From assembly GCA_029379225.1 (NCBI GenBank), contig JAQYWR010000036.1, positions 1,132 to 33,131 of the forward strand: a DNA stretch of 32,000 nucleotides, given 5' to 3'. The notes under the pieces are model-generated. The model was not told where the DNA came from and ran no database searches. It saw nothing but the letters and a program-made list of their open reading frames with translations. The stretch is from Nostoc sp. S4. Lineage in GTDB: Bacteria > Cyanobacteriota > Cyanobacteriia > Cyanobacteriales > Nostocaceae. Shown piece after piece: positions 1 through 9,501 of the stretch. A program made the translations under genes and the position numbers. The first letter of the stretch is position 1; every line of letters begins with the position of its first letter.

Positions 1-251
1 TTGCTAACGCAGCAACATTTACACAGATGTGATGTTTGCTAGCAGGAGCCGGGCGTCTGACCACAGGTTATTTAATTGAACAGAATAATTAACACAACAA
101 AAATCCCCTTCATGTGATAAGGTCTTCCATAGTTCAGATTACTCCTATCTCAATGTAGAAGTATTAATTATAAGATATTGCTCAAGTATAAGATGGGATT
201 TTGAAACATTGATAGTTCGAGATTGCGTAGATTAATTATTGGGAGGTTTAC

Positions 252-1805
252 ATGAAACAGTCAAAATACTATTTTGTATTTTTTATCATTATTATAATTA
301 GCATTTTTACTCGTTTCTTTTTATTGCAAAATCAAAGTCTTTGGTTTGATGAAGGCTGGAGTCTATCTTTATCTGATGCTACGAGTCTTCAAGAAAATTT
401 CTCTAAAATTGTAAATAGAGAAGCTGGTGACAAATACCAACCGCTTTACTATTTGGTATTGTTCTATTGGCGTTCGGTTTTTGGAGATAGTGAATTTGCC
501 ATTCGATCGCTCTCAGCATTGTTTGGAGTCAGTTCGGTAATCACTATATACTTAACTTGCCTACGGATTTATGGAAAAAAACATGCATTATGGTCATCTT
601 TAATCTTAGCAGTTAGTTCATTTAGCGTATTTTATAGCCAAGATGCTAGACCTTACTCGTTATTAATATTCATCACGTCACTTCAGGTATATTTCTTTAG
701 TTATTCACTCAAGCTTGACCAAAGTAATAAAATTATTTTTCAAGTATTTTTTGGCATTTTTACTGCAATAGCAAGTTTTGCTAGTGTTTTAACAGTAATG
801 TTTACTTTAGCTCTTAGTTTATCTCATGCTATCGTTTTTAGAAACTTCAAAGAATGGCTCAAATGGTCAATACCTCCAGTAATTTTTTCTTCGCCAATGA
901 TTTGGTTTTATTTGTCTTCACCTGCTGCATCCGATCCAACAGCTACAGCAGTTACTCGTAGTGGATTACCCATAGTTGAAAACATTATGTTTGTGCTCTA
1001 CGGTATATTAGTCGGGACATCCTATGGACCACCACTGGAGCAATTACGCGGTGATAATAAAATAGATATTTTACTTCATTACTGGGTTCATTTACTAATC
1101 TTTTTTATTGTCTTAATTGTAATTTTTGTAGTTTTAATTAGGAGTTTATTAAGTGATGACAATAAAAAAAGATATCAACGTACCGATCGCTTATTTGCAC
1201 TGATTTTTATTATATCTTTTTTACTAGATTTTTTATTCGCTTTATTTACAAAAATTAATTGGCTCCCACGTCACTCTTTTTATCTATCTATACCGCTTTT
1301 TATTTTGATCCCGTCTAGTTTTTTGCATAAATACTATCTAGAAAATAAACCTCGAAATCCACTTTATATCCTGTCACAAGTTGCTAAAATAGCTACTGTA
1401 TTTTTAATAATTATGAATCTTTATTCTAATTTTAACTATTATTTTAAACCAGAATATGGAAAAGATAACTATCGTTCGGCTGTTCAGTACTTGATAAAAA
1501 ATCGAGATGAATCTGCTAAATCTTTATTGTTGTTGGGACAGCCTAGATTATTAAAATATTACGGAGATTCATCGACTTTATATCTACCCGAATATCGTCT
1601 CGAAAAAATAAATGGAAAAAATTTGGCAGAAAAAGTTAATACAGCTACCAATAACACAAATACAGTATTTATTATAGTTAATCGGGAATTTTACTGGGAA
1701 CTAAAAGATACTTTTAAAACTGAAATGAGTAAATTATATAACTTAGAAGCTGAGGAAAATTGGCTTTATATGAAAATCTATCGATTTACAAAGAAAAAAG
1801 AGTGA
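252..1805 (+). CDS. Polytopic membrane glycosyltransferase, GT-C fold (ArnT/PMT family-39-like)
   Basis: 517-aa ORF with ATG at 252 preceded by GGGAGG (241-246). An N-terminal TM helix is followed by a first-loop acidic motif (SLWFDEGWSL), as in ArnT/PMT-type enzymes. There are many further hydrophobic segments and a soluble C-terminal tail. The gene is markedly AT-rich. Confidence 0.6.
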   Translation: MKQSKYYFVFFIIIIISIFTRFFLLQNQSLWFDEGWSLSLSDATSLQENFSKIVNREAGDKYQPLYYLVLFYWRSVFGDSEFAIRSLSALFGVSSVITIYLTCLRIYGKKHALWSSLILAVSSFSVFYSQDARPYSLLIFITSLQVYFFSYSLKLDQSNKIIFQVFFGIFTAIASFASVLTVMFTLALSLSHAIVFRNFKEWLKWSIPPVIFSSPMIWFYLSSPAASDPTATAVTRSGLPIVENIMFVLYGILVGTSYGPPLEQLRGDNKIDILLHYWVHLLIFFIVLIVIFVVLIRSLLSDDNKKRYQRTDRLFALIFIISFLLDFLFALFTKINWLPRHSFYLSIPLFILIPSSFLHKYYLENKPRNPLYILSQVAKIATVFLIIMNLYSNFNYYFKPEYGKDNYRSAVQYLIKNRDESAKSLLLLGQPRLLKYYGDSSTLYLPEYRLEKINGKNLAEKVNTATNNTNTVFIIVNREFYWELKDTFKTEMSKLYNLEAEENWLYMKIYRFTKKKE

Positions 1806-1842
1806 TAAATTCAGGTAAATAATTAAGATTTTAGAATGAGGA

Positions 1843-2841
1843 ATGCCTAAAACATTCACAGGAAAACCTCCAATTATCATTGCACATCGAGGTGCTAGCG
1901 GCTATCGTCCAGAACATACTTTGGCTGCTTATGAATTAGCGATCGCACTAGGTGCTGACTATATTGAACCAGATTTAGTTTCTACAAAAGACGGTGTTTT
2001 AATTGCTCGTCATGAAAATGAAATTTCTGAAACCACCAACGTTGCTAGCCATAGAGAATTTGCTCGCCGTCAAACTACCAAAGTAATCGATGGAGAATCT
2101 AAAATAGGTTGGTTTACTGAAGACTTTACCCTTGCAGAACTGAAAACACTACGAGCTAAAGAGCGAATTCCTCAACTGCGATCGCAAAATATTTTCTATG
2201 ATGGATTATTTGAAATTCCCACATTACAAGAAATCATCGATTTAGTCAAAGATAAAAGCGCCCAAATAAATCGTCAAATCGGCATTTATCCAGAAACTAA
2301 GCACCCAACTTACTTTAAATCCATTGGATTAGCTTTAGAAACACCCCTATTAACAACTTTAATAGCAAACTGTTATCAAGGAGCTAATGCAACTGTTTTC
2401 ATCCAGTCTTTTGAAGTAGATAATTTAAAATATTTATCTACAAAAACTGATTTACCTTTGGTGCAACTAGTGAATAATAGTGGTAAACCGTATGATTTTG
2501 TAGTTAATAGCAATGATAGTACTTATATAGATTTAGTAAACACTTCCAGCTTAAAAGAAATTGCTAAATATGCACAGGCAATTGGAGTTCATAAAAATCT
2601 GCTAGTTTCTCAAGACAGTACTGGTAAATTACTCTCACCCACGTCTTTAGTTATTGATGCTCATGCAGCGGGTTTACTGGTTCATGTCTGGACTTTCCGC
2701 AATGAAGACTACTTTTTACCATTGGACTTTCAAGGAAATCCCCAAGGGGAATATGAACTATTTTTTAACTTAGGTATTGATGGCGTATTTAGCGACTACC
2801 CAGATACAGCTTGTGCTGTGAATCAAAACCTTAAATTTTAA
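1843..2841 (+). CDS. Glycerophosphodiester phosphodiesterase (GDPD family, GlpQ/UgpQ-like)
   Basis: N-terminal IIAHRGASGYRPEHT ... YIEPDLVSTKDGVLIARHENE is the canonical GDPD catalytic His/Glu/Asp pattern. Length is 332 aa. GAGGA lies just upstream of the ATG. Confidence 0.9.
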   Translation: MPKTFTGKPPIIIAHRGASGYRPEHTLAAYELAIALGADYIEPDLVSTKDGVLIARHENEISETTNVASHREFARRQTTKVIDGESKIGWFTEDFTLAELKTLRAKERIPQLRSQNIFYDGLFEIPTLQEIIDLVKDKSAQINRQIGIYPETKHPTYFKSIGLALETPLLTTLIANCYQGANATVFIQSFEVDNLKYLSTKTDLPLVQLVNNSGKPYDFVVNSNDSTYIDLVNTSSLKEIAKYAQAIGVHKNLLVSQDSTGKLLSPTSLVIDAHAAGLLVHVWTFRNEDYFLPLDFQGNPQGEYELFFNLGIDGVFSDYPDTACAVNQNLKF

Positions 2842-2968
2842 CTTCATTCCCACTCTCCACTCCCGACTTCCCATTCCTAAAAAGCGATCGCACGCACTGG
2901 TCACAATTGCGGGAAACTAAAAGCAGATCTGTATCGAAGGAGAACCAATAGACTTCTTGCAAAAGTCC

Positions 2969-3012
2969 TCCTTTGCGTTCTCTTCTCAGCGCCTCAGCGC
3001 CTCTGCGTGAGA
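2969..3012. repeat. Small dispersed repeat (CGCAGAGG / CGCAAAGG family, reverse orientation)
   Basis: The sequence cctttgcgttctcttctcagcgcctcagcgcctctgcgtgagac, read on the reverse strand, contains cgcagagg and cgcaaagg. The same modules occur at 11524-11564. Confidence 0.5.
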
Positions 3013-3039
3013 CAAAAAAATATTTATGCAAGAGGTCTA

Positions 3040-3393
3040 ATGAGCTGGACTAAAGTTGTTGGAGTCGAAGCACTCTCGCTAGGTGCGCGACAAGTAGTAA
3101 AAGTTGGCAACCGCAAAATCCTGCTTTTAAATCATGAAAATCAGCTTTATGCCGTAGATAACATCTGTCCTCACTTAAAATTGCCTTTAAAAAATGCAAA
3201 AATCACAGAAGACGGGACAATTGTTTGCTCTTTCCATCGCAGTGCTTTTGATCTGAGTACTGGTGAGGTAAAAGATTGGTGTCCTTGGCCACCTGGTATA
3301 AGTAAGGTACTTGCGTTGGTTTCACAAGAAAAAAAACTGCCAGTTTTTCCGATTCGTGTGGAAGAAGGCTGTATTTGGATTGATGTGCAATAA
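3040..3393 (+). CDS. Small Rieske [2Fe-2S] domain protein
   Basis: CPH (..NICPHLKLPL..) and CxxH (..CSFHRSAF..) cluster-ligand boxes at Rieske spacing. I prefer the ATG at 3040 (MSWTKVV) over the GTG at 3007, which lies inside a dispersed repeat. Confidence 0.8.
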   Translation: MSWTKVVGVEALSLGARQVVKVGNRKILLLNHENQLYAVDNICPHLKLPLKNAKITEDGTIVCSFHRSAFDLSTGEVKDWCPWPPGISKVLALVSQEKKLPVFPIRVEEGCIWIDVQ

Positions 3394-3625
3394 GAATAAT
3401 ACCCTTAAGTAAAAAGGACTCGGGATTGGGAGGACTCAGTGCTGAGTTAAGAGTTAGGAGTTATTACTCTGCCTCCCGTTCCGCATTACTGGAGTTTAGA
3501 CGAGTATCTGACTTTTGCCGTTAAATATCTTTTGCAAGCTGCTAACGTTCTCTACCAGACGCTACACGAACACAGAGGTAGCGTAATTTTAACTGACCTC
3601 GCCACAACACCTGGATACCAATCTC

Positions 3626-3748
3626 GGATTTCTCACTCATAGTGTGGGGAGTGTAGGGCGAAGAGGAGGTGTGGGAAGTGTGGGGAGTGTGGGGGAAAAG
3701 ATTTCTTCCCCATCTTCCCCATCCTCCCACACTCCTTGGATTTCTCAC
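3626..3748. repeat. MITE-like palindromic element bounded by an 11-bp direct repeat
   Basis: GGATTTCTCAC occurs at 3626-3636 and 3738-3748. The 101 bp between them has a G-rich left arm (gtgtggggagtg..gtgtgggggaa) and a complementary C-rich right arm (ttccccatcttccccatcctcccacac). Confidence 0.4.
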
Positions 3749-4387
3749 AAGTAAGAAATCCAGGCAATGGGTGTTTTACTTCAATGTTTAAGGTAGCCGC
3801 CTTTATCGAGCAACAGCTTCAACCGTCCAATTAACTGTTAGCACTTTGGGTCTTCCTTAACTAATATTTACCCGCATATTTTGCTATTTTCGTCAATCTT
3901 ACTCAAGTTAAATACTTCTTTATTTGAAGACAAATTACTTTGCAGATTTATTTTATATAGCTCTAAACCTCTGATGTAACGGTTATTTGCTCAAATATGA
4001 TATTATGTAAATTGACAATTTTTTTTGATTTAAATGCAATTCTAAAACTTAAGATTAACAAAATTACATGACAAAGTTATATCTCTAGATAGAAAATTAT
4101 CAAATAAAAAAATTACAAATTGTTTAAGTGATACGATTAATTTTGATTAATTTACTAATAAATAATTAAATTTATTGCTCAGTATAAAACTGATACGTAA
4201 ATAGCCTATTATATGTGTTGAGTTCTAATCTTTTTCTAGTAATAAAAATAGAAATAATCTGATGATTGAGTACTAATTTATTAGTTTAATTTTGCTTGCA
4301 ATTTCTACTTAACTATTAAAGATACTTAGTTCTACTCAATCAAGATTAGTTAGAGGCTATAAAAGTCAGTTGTTGGAAATGTGCTGT

Positions 4388-6514
4388 ATGTATGTAAATC
4401 TCTGGCCGGGAAACGTATATCCTTTAGGTGCTACTTGGGATGGGAAAGGTACAAATTTTGCTTTATTTTCAGAGAATGCAACAGGTGTAGAGCTTTGTTT
4501 ATTTGATGCTGATGATAATGAACTTCGCTTATCTTTAAAAGAAAAAAATAATTTTGTTTGGCACGGTTATTTACCAGGGGTGGGACCGGGACAACGGTAT
4601 GGGTTTAGAGTACATGGACCTTGGGCGCCAGAGGTAGGTCATCGCTTTAACCCTAATAAATTACTGATTGACCCCTATGCTAAGGCAATTGATAGTGAGA
4701 TTAGCAATGATGCAGCGATTTTTGGTTACTCATGGGACGCTGCTGAAAAAGACTTAGCTTTCTGTGAGGTAGATGATGCCAAAATAATGCCGAAGTGTGT
4801 TGTCATTGATGAATCATTTGATTGGGGAGATGATAAACTGCTGCGTACACCTTGGCACGAAACTATTATTTATGAAACTCATGTTAAGGGCTTTACCAAG
4901 CTGCATCCAGATGTTCCAGAACAATTGCGTGGTACTTATGCTGGGCTAGCACATCCAGCAGCAATTCAACATTTGCAGCAATTAGGAATTACAGCAGTTG
5001 AGCTAATGCCTGTACATCACTTTTTGTCCCGTCCCGGACATTTAGAGTCAAAAGGGCTAACTAATTACTGGGGCTACGATTCGATCAATTATTTTGCACC
5101 TTACTCTGGCTACAGTGCTAGTGGAACTTTAGGACAACAAGCGATCGAATTCAAGCAAATGGTCAAGGCTTTGCACTTTGCGGGAATTGAGGTGATTTTA
5201 GATGTGGTTTATAACCACACTGGCGAAGGTAATCATTTAGGTCCAACGCTATCGTTGCGAGGTATTGATAATGCGGTGTACTACCGCTTGGTTAACGATA
5301 ATCCCCGCTACTATATGGACTTTACCGGTTGCGGTAACTCTCTGAATGTACGCCATGCTCAAGTCCTGAAGTTAATTATGGATAGCCTGCGCTATTGGGT
5401 AACACAAATGCACGTCGATGGCTTCCGCTTCGATTTAGCTTCGGCGTTAGCGCGGGAATTATATGAGGTAGATAACCTATCAGCTTTCTTTGACATTATT
5501 CATCAAGATCCAATTTTGGCAGATGTCAAGTTGATTGCTGAACCTTGGGACTTAGGAGAGGGAGGCTATCAAGTAGGTAATTTTCCGCTGCGTTGGTCTG
5601 AGTGGAATGGCAGATATCGGGATACTGTAAGAGATTTTTGGCGCGGTGTAGATGATAGCCTTGGGCAATTTGCTTACTGTTTTACTGGTAGTCCTGACTT
5701 GTATCAAGCAAATGGGCGCAATCCAAATGCAAGTATTAATTTCATAACTGCTCACGATGGCTTCACGTTAAATGATTTAGTCAGTTATAACCAAAAGCAC
5801 AACGAGGCAAACGGGGAAGATAATCGTGACGGAGAAAGCCATAACAGATCCTGGAATTGTGGTGCAGAAGGAGAAACCGACCACCCTGAAGTGTTGCGCT
5901 TGCGCGAACGCCAAAGGCGAAACTTTCTAACAACCCTAATGCTGTCTCAAGGTATACCGATGCTGTTAGAGGGAGATGAAATTGGCTGTAGTCAGAAGGG
6001 CAATAACAATGCCTACTGTCAAGATTGTGAAATTTCCTGGCGCAATTGGGACTTGCAAAAAGCAAATATGGAGCTATTGGACTTTACACGCGAACTGATT
6101 AATTTTCGCCATCAGCATCCAGTGTTTCGACGACGTAAGTGGTTTCAAGGTCGCCCGATTCGCGGTTTTGGCATTAGTGATATCGGTTGGTTTAACGCCG
6201 ATGGCAGTGAAATGACTGAAAGGCAGTGGCTAATTAGTTATGCCAAGGTAATGGAAATTTTCTTGAATGGAGAAGGGATTGTTACCCCAGGAACTCAAGG
6301 TGAGCGCATTATTGATGAGAGTTTTCTGCTATTTTTTAACGCTCACTACGAGATGATTGAGTTCGCTCTACCCAATGGTTTAAACCAAAGGGGATGGGAA
6401 ATAGTGATTGACACTAATGAACCTCGTTTTCTCCATCCAGGAAAGTGGATTTCCGGCTCTCAAACTTTACCAGTTACAGAGCGATCGCTTGTAGTGTTAC
6501 GTCTTATTACTTAG
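4388..6514 (+). CDS. glgX: Glycogen debranching enzyme GlgX (GH13)
   Basis: N-terminus reads [28 protein letters not shown]13 conserved regions are present: [28 protein letters not shown]. An ATG at 4388 or 4379 is more likely than the TTG at 4370. Confidence 0.9.
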   Translation: MYVNLWPGNVYPLGATWDGKGTNFALFSENATGVELCLFDADDNELRLSLKEKNNFVWHGYLPGVGPGQRYGFRVHGPWAPEVGHRFNPNKLLIDPYAKAIDSEISNDAAIFGYSWDAAEKDLAFCEVDDAKIMPKCVVIDESFDWGDDKLLRTPWHETIIYETHVKGFTKLHPDVPEQLRGTYAGLAHPAAIQHLQQLGITAVELMPVHHFLSRPGHLESKGLTNYWGYDSINYFAPYSGYSASGTLGQQAIEFKQMVKALHFAGIEVILDVVYNHTGEGNHLGPTLSLRGIDNAVYYRLVNDNPRYYMDFTGCGNSLNVRHAQVLKLIMDSLRYWVTQMHVDGFRFDLASALARELYEVDNLSAFFDIIHQDPILADVKLIAEPWDLGEGGYQVGNFPLRWSEWNGRYRDTVRDFWRGVDDSLGQFAYCFTGSPDLYQANGRNPNASINFITAHDGFTLNDLVSYNQKHNEANGEDNRDGESHNRSWNCGAEGETDHPEVLRLRERQRRNFLTTLMLSQGIPMLLEGDEIGCSQKGNNNAYCQDCEISWRNWDLQKANMELLDFTRELINFRHQHPVFRRRKWFQGRPIRGFGISDIGWFNADGSEMTERQWLISYAKVMEIFLNGEGIVTPGTQGERIIDESFLLFFNAHYEMIEFALPNGLNQRGWEIVIDTNEPRFLHPGKWISGSQTLPVTERSLVVLRLIT

Positions 6515-6671
6515 AGTAATCTACGATTTTTAATAAAAAAGTATTTTGCTTGTTATCAACTGTCAAGCTATTTTTGCTTGCTCTGGTCTAAACTCCAGGC
6601 ATTAGGGTTTGCTGTTATAGACTCCTACACTTTTAGCGTTTTCAGCCAATGCCTAATGCCCAATCTCCAGT

Positions 6672-7070
6672 TTATTCTCGCCGTTGTTGATAATCTTCAG
6701 AAGACTTCGGATCTAATTCCCAGCGAGCATCATCACGTTCCTCTAAAATATCGTTGGTACGTAGAAACGTGTAATCATCCATTTCTAGTCCTACTGCTGC
6801 TTCTATTTCTTCAGTTACATTTTGATCGGGAGTAGGAGCCGTACCACCAACAGCTTCATCCCCAACTGCATCTGCATCCTGCCAATAAGCATCTACATCG
6901 CCACCAGTGAGTTCAGGGCTAGTTTCTGTGTACTCCTGTCTTTCGTCTTGTAGCGATCGCCCGCCAATATTATATCCCGGCAATTCTTTTACACCAGTAC
7001 CGTAAGATTCAGTAATTTCTTGCGGCAAATCATCAGATTTTATTTCGTCATTAGGATTTTTTTCTGCCAT
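6672..7070 (-). CDS. Acidic hypothetical protein (conserved cyanobacterial type, function unknown)
   Basis: Clean ORF with ATG at 7070 (MAEKNPNDE). It is strongly acidic and has no TM segment. It converges on glgX. Confidence 0.6.
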   Translation of the reverse strand: MAEKNPNDEIKSDDLPQEITESYGTGVKELPGYNIGGRSLQDERQEYTETSPELTGGDVDAYWQDADAVGDEAVGGTAPTPDQNVTEEIEAAVGLEMDDYTFLRTNDILEERDDARWELDPKSSEDYQQRRE

Positions 7071-7415
7071 ATTATTAGCTCTTTTCTGCAATCATACAAT
7101 AACCTTTTCTTGTTGCCAAGTTGTATTACTAAAGATGTATGGCTTTAGTAATAAAATAATCTATCCCCTTAGTACGAAGTTAAATTAACTATTGCTGCGT
7201 AATATTGGAAACATAAATTCATGGTCAAGCAACTTGTAGTTGAAGTTGTTAGTTATGAGTTAGGAGTTACTCAACCGAAATTAATCGATAATCAACTTCT
7301 CACTCGTAACTATTTTTTATTAACTAAAAACTAAAATTGTAATTTACTAATCTTGTTAACTACCTGAATGCTAAAAAACAATACATTCAATAATTTTCAA
7401 CAGCGCAGATAGAAA

Positions 7416-7544
7416 GTGGAATACGATGAGTTCATTACACACGTAAAAAGCCTTACTCAATTAAATTCTCGTGAAGAGGCCGAAAGTGCTACCCGTGCAA
7501 AGCTAGAAACACTTAAAGAACGGATAGCAGATGTTGAATACTAG
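7416..7544 (+). pseudogene. Remnant of a DUF2267-like gene (N-terminal ~42 codons only)
   Basis: GTG-EYDEFITHVKSLTQLNSREEAESATRAKLETLKERIADVEY-stop. This matches my memory of DUF2267 N-termini (..YDEFI..V......SREEAE.ATRA.LETLKERI..) and then ends early. Confidence 0.35.
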
Positions 7545-7567
7545 AAATAAACAGGTAATACCATATT

Positions 7568-8665
7568 ATGGCTGACAATAACAATTATCCTAGTAATAAA
7601 AAAGTTGCTATCCTCATTGAACAAGGAGTAGAGGATGTAGAATTTTCAATTCCTTATAATGGAATAAAACAAGCAGGAATCGAGGTAGTAGTCCTTGGTT
7701 CCCGGATGAATGAAAAATATAAGGGTAAACGCGGTAAGTTAAGTATACAAGCTGATGGCACAACAACAGAAGCGATCGCAGCCGAATTCGATGCAGTAGT
7801 CATTCCTGGTGGTATGGCTCCTGACAAAATGCGGCGCAATCCCAATACGGTACGCTTCGTACAAGAAGCTATGCAGCAAGGAAAGTTGGTGGCTGCGGTT
7901 TGCCATGGCCCACAGGTTTTGATTGAAGGTGACTTGCTTAAAGGTAAACAAGTTACTGGCTTTAGTGCTATTAGCAAAGATATTACTAATGCAGGTGCAA
8001 ATTATTCAGATGAACCCTTGGTAGTAGATGGTAATTTGATTACATCTCGCGAACCTGGAGACTTGCCAATCTTCACCACAGCTATTTTGAGTCGCTTGGG
8101 TTATGGTGGCAAAGATGCTGCATTGCCAGGTGAAAAAGATACAACTGCCGAATGGTGGAAGCTAGCCGATGCTTGGGGTGGCTCAACAAAAAGTGAAATT
8201 GGCAGAGGTTTAAATACTGCCCTTGCTGGCGAACGTTATTCGCTGGAAGCTTTGGAAAAATACCTTGAAAAAGAATCAGATAGTGAAGTAAAATCTACTT
8301 TTCAAGAAATAATTGGTAATAAACAAGCCCATATTGAAAAACTAGAAAGATATCTTCAAATATTAGGCGAAAAACCTTCTCTAGGAGCAAATATTGCCAA
8401 CCAATATGCCAAGGTGAAAAGTGCTTTAACAGGAAGTGACGACATATATCAACTACGTTCCGCCTTGGGAGATGTACAAACAGGTATTGGCGATATTGGA
8501 AATTTGTGTGCAATGCATACAGACCCAGTAGCAACTGCTATTTTCAAAGAGATTTACCAAGATTTATTGAAATACGAACAGCGATTACTAGAGTTGTATC
8601 GGGCGCGGACAGCCACTCAAATTCAGCCTCCTAAACCTACTACCGGCGCTGCTGTATCGATGTAA
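7568..8665 (+). CDS. DJ-1/PfpI family domain fused to a C-terminal helical (ferritin-like / four-helix-bundle type) domain
   Basis: Residues 1-185 carry the PfpI pattern: KVAILIEQGVEDVEF, nucleophile elbow AAVCHGPQVL, VVDGNLITSREPGDL. Residues 200-365 form a heptad-rich helical region (ERYSLEALEKYLEKE .. HIEKLERYLQ .. YEQRLLELY). Confidence 0.8.
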   Translation: MADNNNYPSNKKVAILIEQGVEDVEFSIPYNGIKQAGIEVVVLGSRMNEKYKGKRGKLSIQADGTTTEAIAAEFDAVVIPGGMAPDKMRRNPNTVRFVQEAMQQGKLVAAVCHGPQVLIEGDLLKGKQVTGFSAISKDITNAGANYSDEPLVVDGNLITSREPGDLPIFTTAILSRLGYGGKDAALPGEKDTTAEWWKLADAWGGSTKSEIGRGLNTALAGERYSLEALEKYLEKESDSEVKSTFQEIIGNKQAHIEKLERYLQILGEKPSLGANIANQYAKVKSALTGSDDIYQLRSALGDVQTGIGDIGNLCAMHTDPVATAIFKEIYQDLLKYEQRLLELYRARTATQIQPPKPTTGAAVSM

Positions 8666-8673
8666 ATAACCGT

Positions 8674-8705
8674 TCGTAGAGAAGCATAGCTGCGCTTTTC
8701 TACGA
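8674..8705. repeat. Dispersed-repeat hairpin (CGTAGAGAAG type) 3' of the DJ-1 fusion gene
   Basis: 11-bp stem tcgtagagaag / cttttctacga (one G-U pair) with a 10-nt loop. Related to gtagcgtctcgtagagaag at 15233-15251 and ttctctaccagacgctac near 3548. There is no U-tract. Confidence 0.4.
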
Positions 8706-8881
8706 AAAACAGACTTTCTTAAAATCTCGTTTCTATGAATCACCTAGAAATGCAGATATAGCGGCTCTGCCTCTTGAACAAAAGAAAGACAACTTTATCC
8801 AAGTTGTTCTCAAACATTGAATGGGAAATAATTATTCAATGTTATGAATTGTACACCCAACATAATGCAATTAAGGATTTT

Positions 8882-9274
8882 ATGAATCGACTGAATTCTT
8901 GGTTAAAAAATATTCGCATCCGCCAGATAGTTGTAGTTTTTCTGGTAGGATTTATGTTTTTACTTGGTCAAGCTTTTAGCTACGGTAATGTAGCACAAGC
9001 TGATGTCACAACTCCAGAGGGTACTTATTACAAAGCTACACCAGACTCACAAGGTGAAATTAGAAACGACAAGCAAATTGGAAATGTTCAAAACAAATTA
9101 AAGGACACTATTGATAATGTCCGTGAAAAGCTTAACTTAGATGAAAAACCTCCTAGAGCTACAAGAGAGTTTTTTGATTCTACAAAAGACACAGACGTAA
9201 ACAATAGTAGCGGAATTTATGAAAGTCCAGAGGGTCGTTACCGAACTCCTGCTGACCCAGGTGGTAGAAGCTAA
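8882..9274 (+). CDS. Small secreted or membrane-anchored hypothetical protein
   Basis: From the ATG at 8882: MNRLNSWLKNIRIRQIVVVFLVGFMFLLGQAFSYGNVAQA|D, a signal-peptide-like N-terminus, then a hydrophilic low-complexity tail. The upstream TTG start at 8774 is less plausible. Confidence 0.55.
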   Translation: MNRLNSWLKNIRIRQIVVVFLVGFMFLLGQAFSYGNVAQADVTTPEGTYYKATPDSQGEIRNDKQIGNVQNKLKDTIDNVREKLNLDEKPPRATREFFDSTKDTDVNNSSGIYESPEGRYRTPADPGGRS

Positions 9275-9296
9275 TACCGTTGCGCGGAAGGCGAAA

Positions 9297-9327
9297 GTCA
9301 ACGGTGAGCAAAGTACGAACCGTTGAC
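9297..9327. repeat. Dispersed hairpin repeat sharing an 18-mer with 21401-21418
   Basis: The stem gtcaacgg / ccgttgac encloses tgagcaaagtacgaa. The 18-mer gtcaacggtgagcaaagt (9297-9314) recurs exactly at 21401-21418. Both copies lie just 3' of a stop codon. Confidence 0.5.
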
Positions 9328-9370
9328 TCTGAGCGAAGTTGAAGCTGTCAAACTTGAAAAGCAAATCTTT

Positions 9371-9398
9371 GTAGGGGCGTACAGATGTGCGTCCCTAC
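9371..9398. terminator. GC-rich hairpin between convergent genes (candidate bidirectional terminator)
   Basis: gtaggggcgtac-agat-gtgcgtccctac forms a 12-bp stem (two G-U pairs) with a 4-nt loop. It belongs to the same sequence family as the hairpin at 27159-27185. Confidence 0.5.
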
Positions 9399-9501
9399 TG
9401 TAGTATATTCAATTAGAAATTGCGATAAGCAAATTTCAAAAAATAAAATAATTTGCCAGAGACTTCATTAATTGTGGTAAGAGCAATGAAAAATTTTTTA
9501 C

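Noticed and set aside
2831-3748. Minus-strand ORFs 2831-3031 and 3542-3748
   Set aside because: Both are made almost entirely of dispersed-repeat or MITE-like sequence (RRGAEALRRE and HTPHTSHT-type translations), with no start context.
3781-4369. Very AT-rich 590-bp region upstream of glgX (and a similar one at 25315-25891) as a possible hidden gene or ncRNA
   Set aside because: There is no ORF with start and RBS, no stable hairpin series and no repeats beyond a duplicated tgatacg heptamer (near 4129 and 4189). Long AT-rich spacers are ordinary in this type of genome. These are left as unannotated promoter or leader DNA.
5552-8534. Antisense or overlapping ORFs inside glgX (5552-5755, 5781-6065), opposite the acidic protein gene (6578-6835) and inside the DJ-1 fusion gene (7654-7977, 7739-7951, 8295-8534)
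   Set aside because: Each lies entirely within a well-supported gene on the other strand or frame, and none has a recognisable motif. They are typical shadow ORFs.
8774-8881. Longer version of the small secreted protein starting at TTG 8774
   Set aside because: The ATG at 8882 gives a classical signal-peptide N-terminus. The upstream extension has no RBS and would bury the signal sequence.
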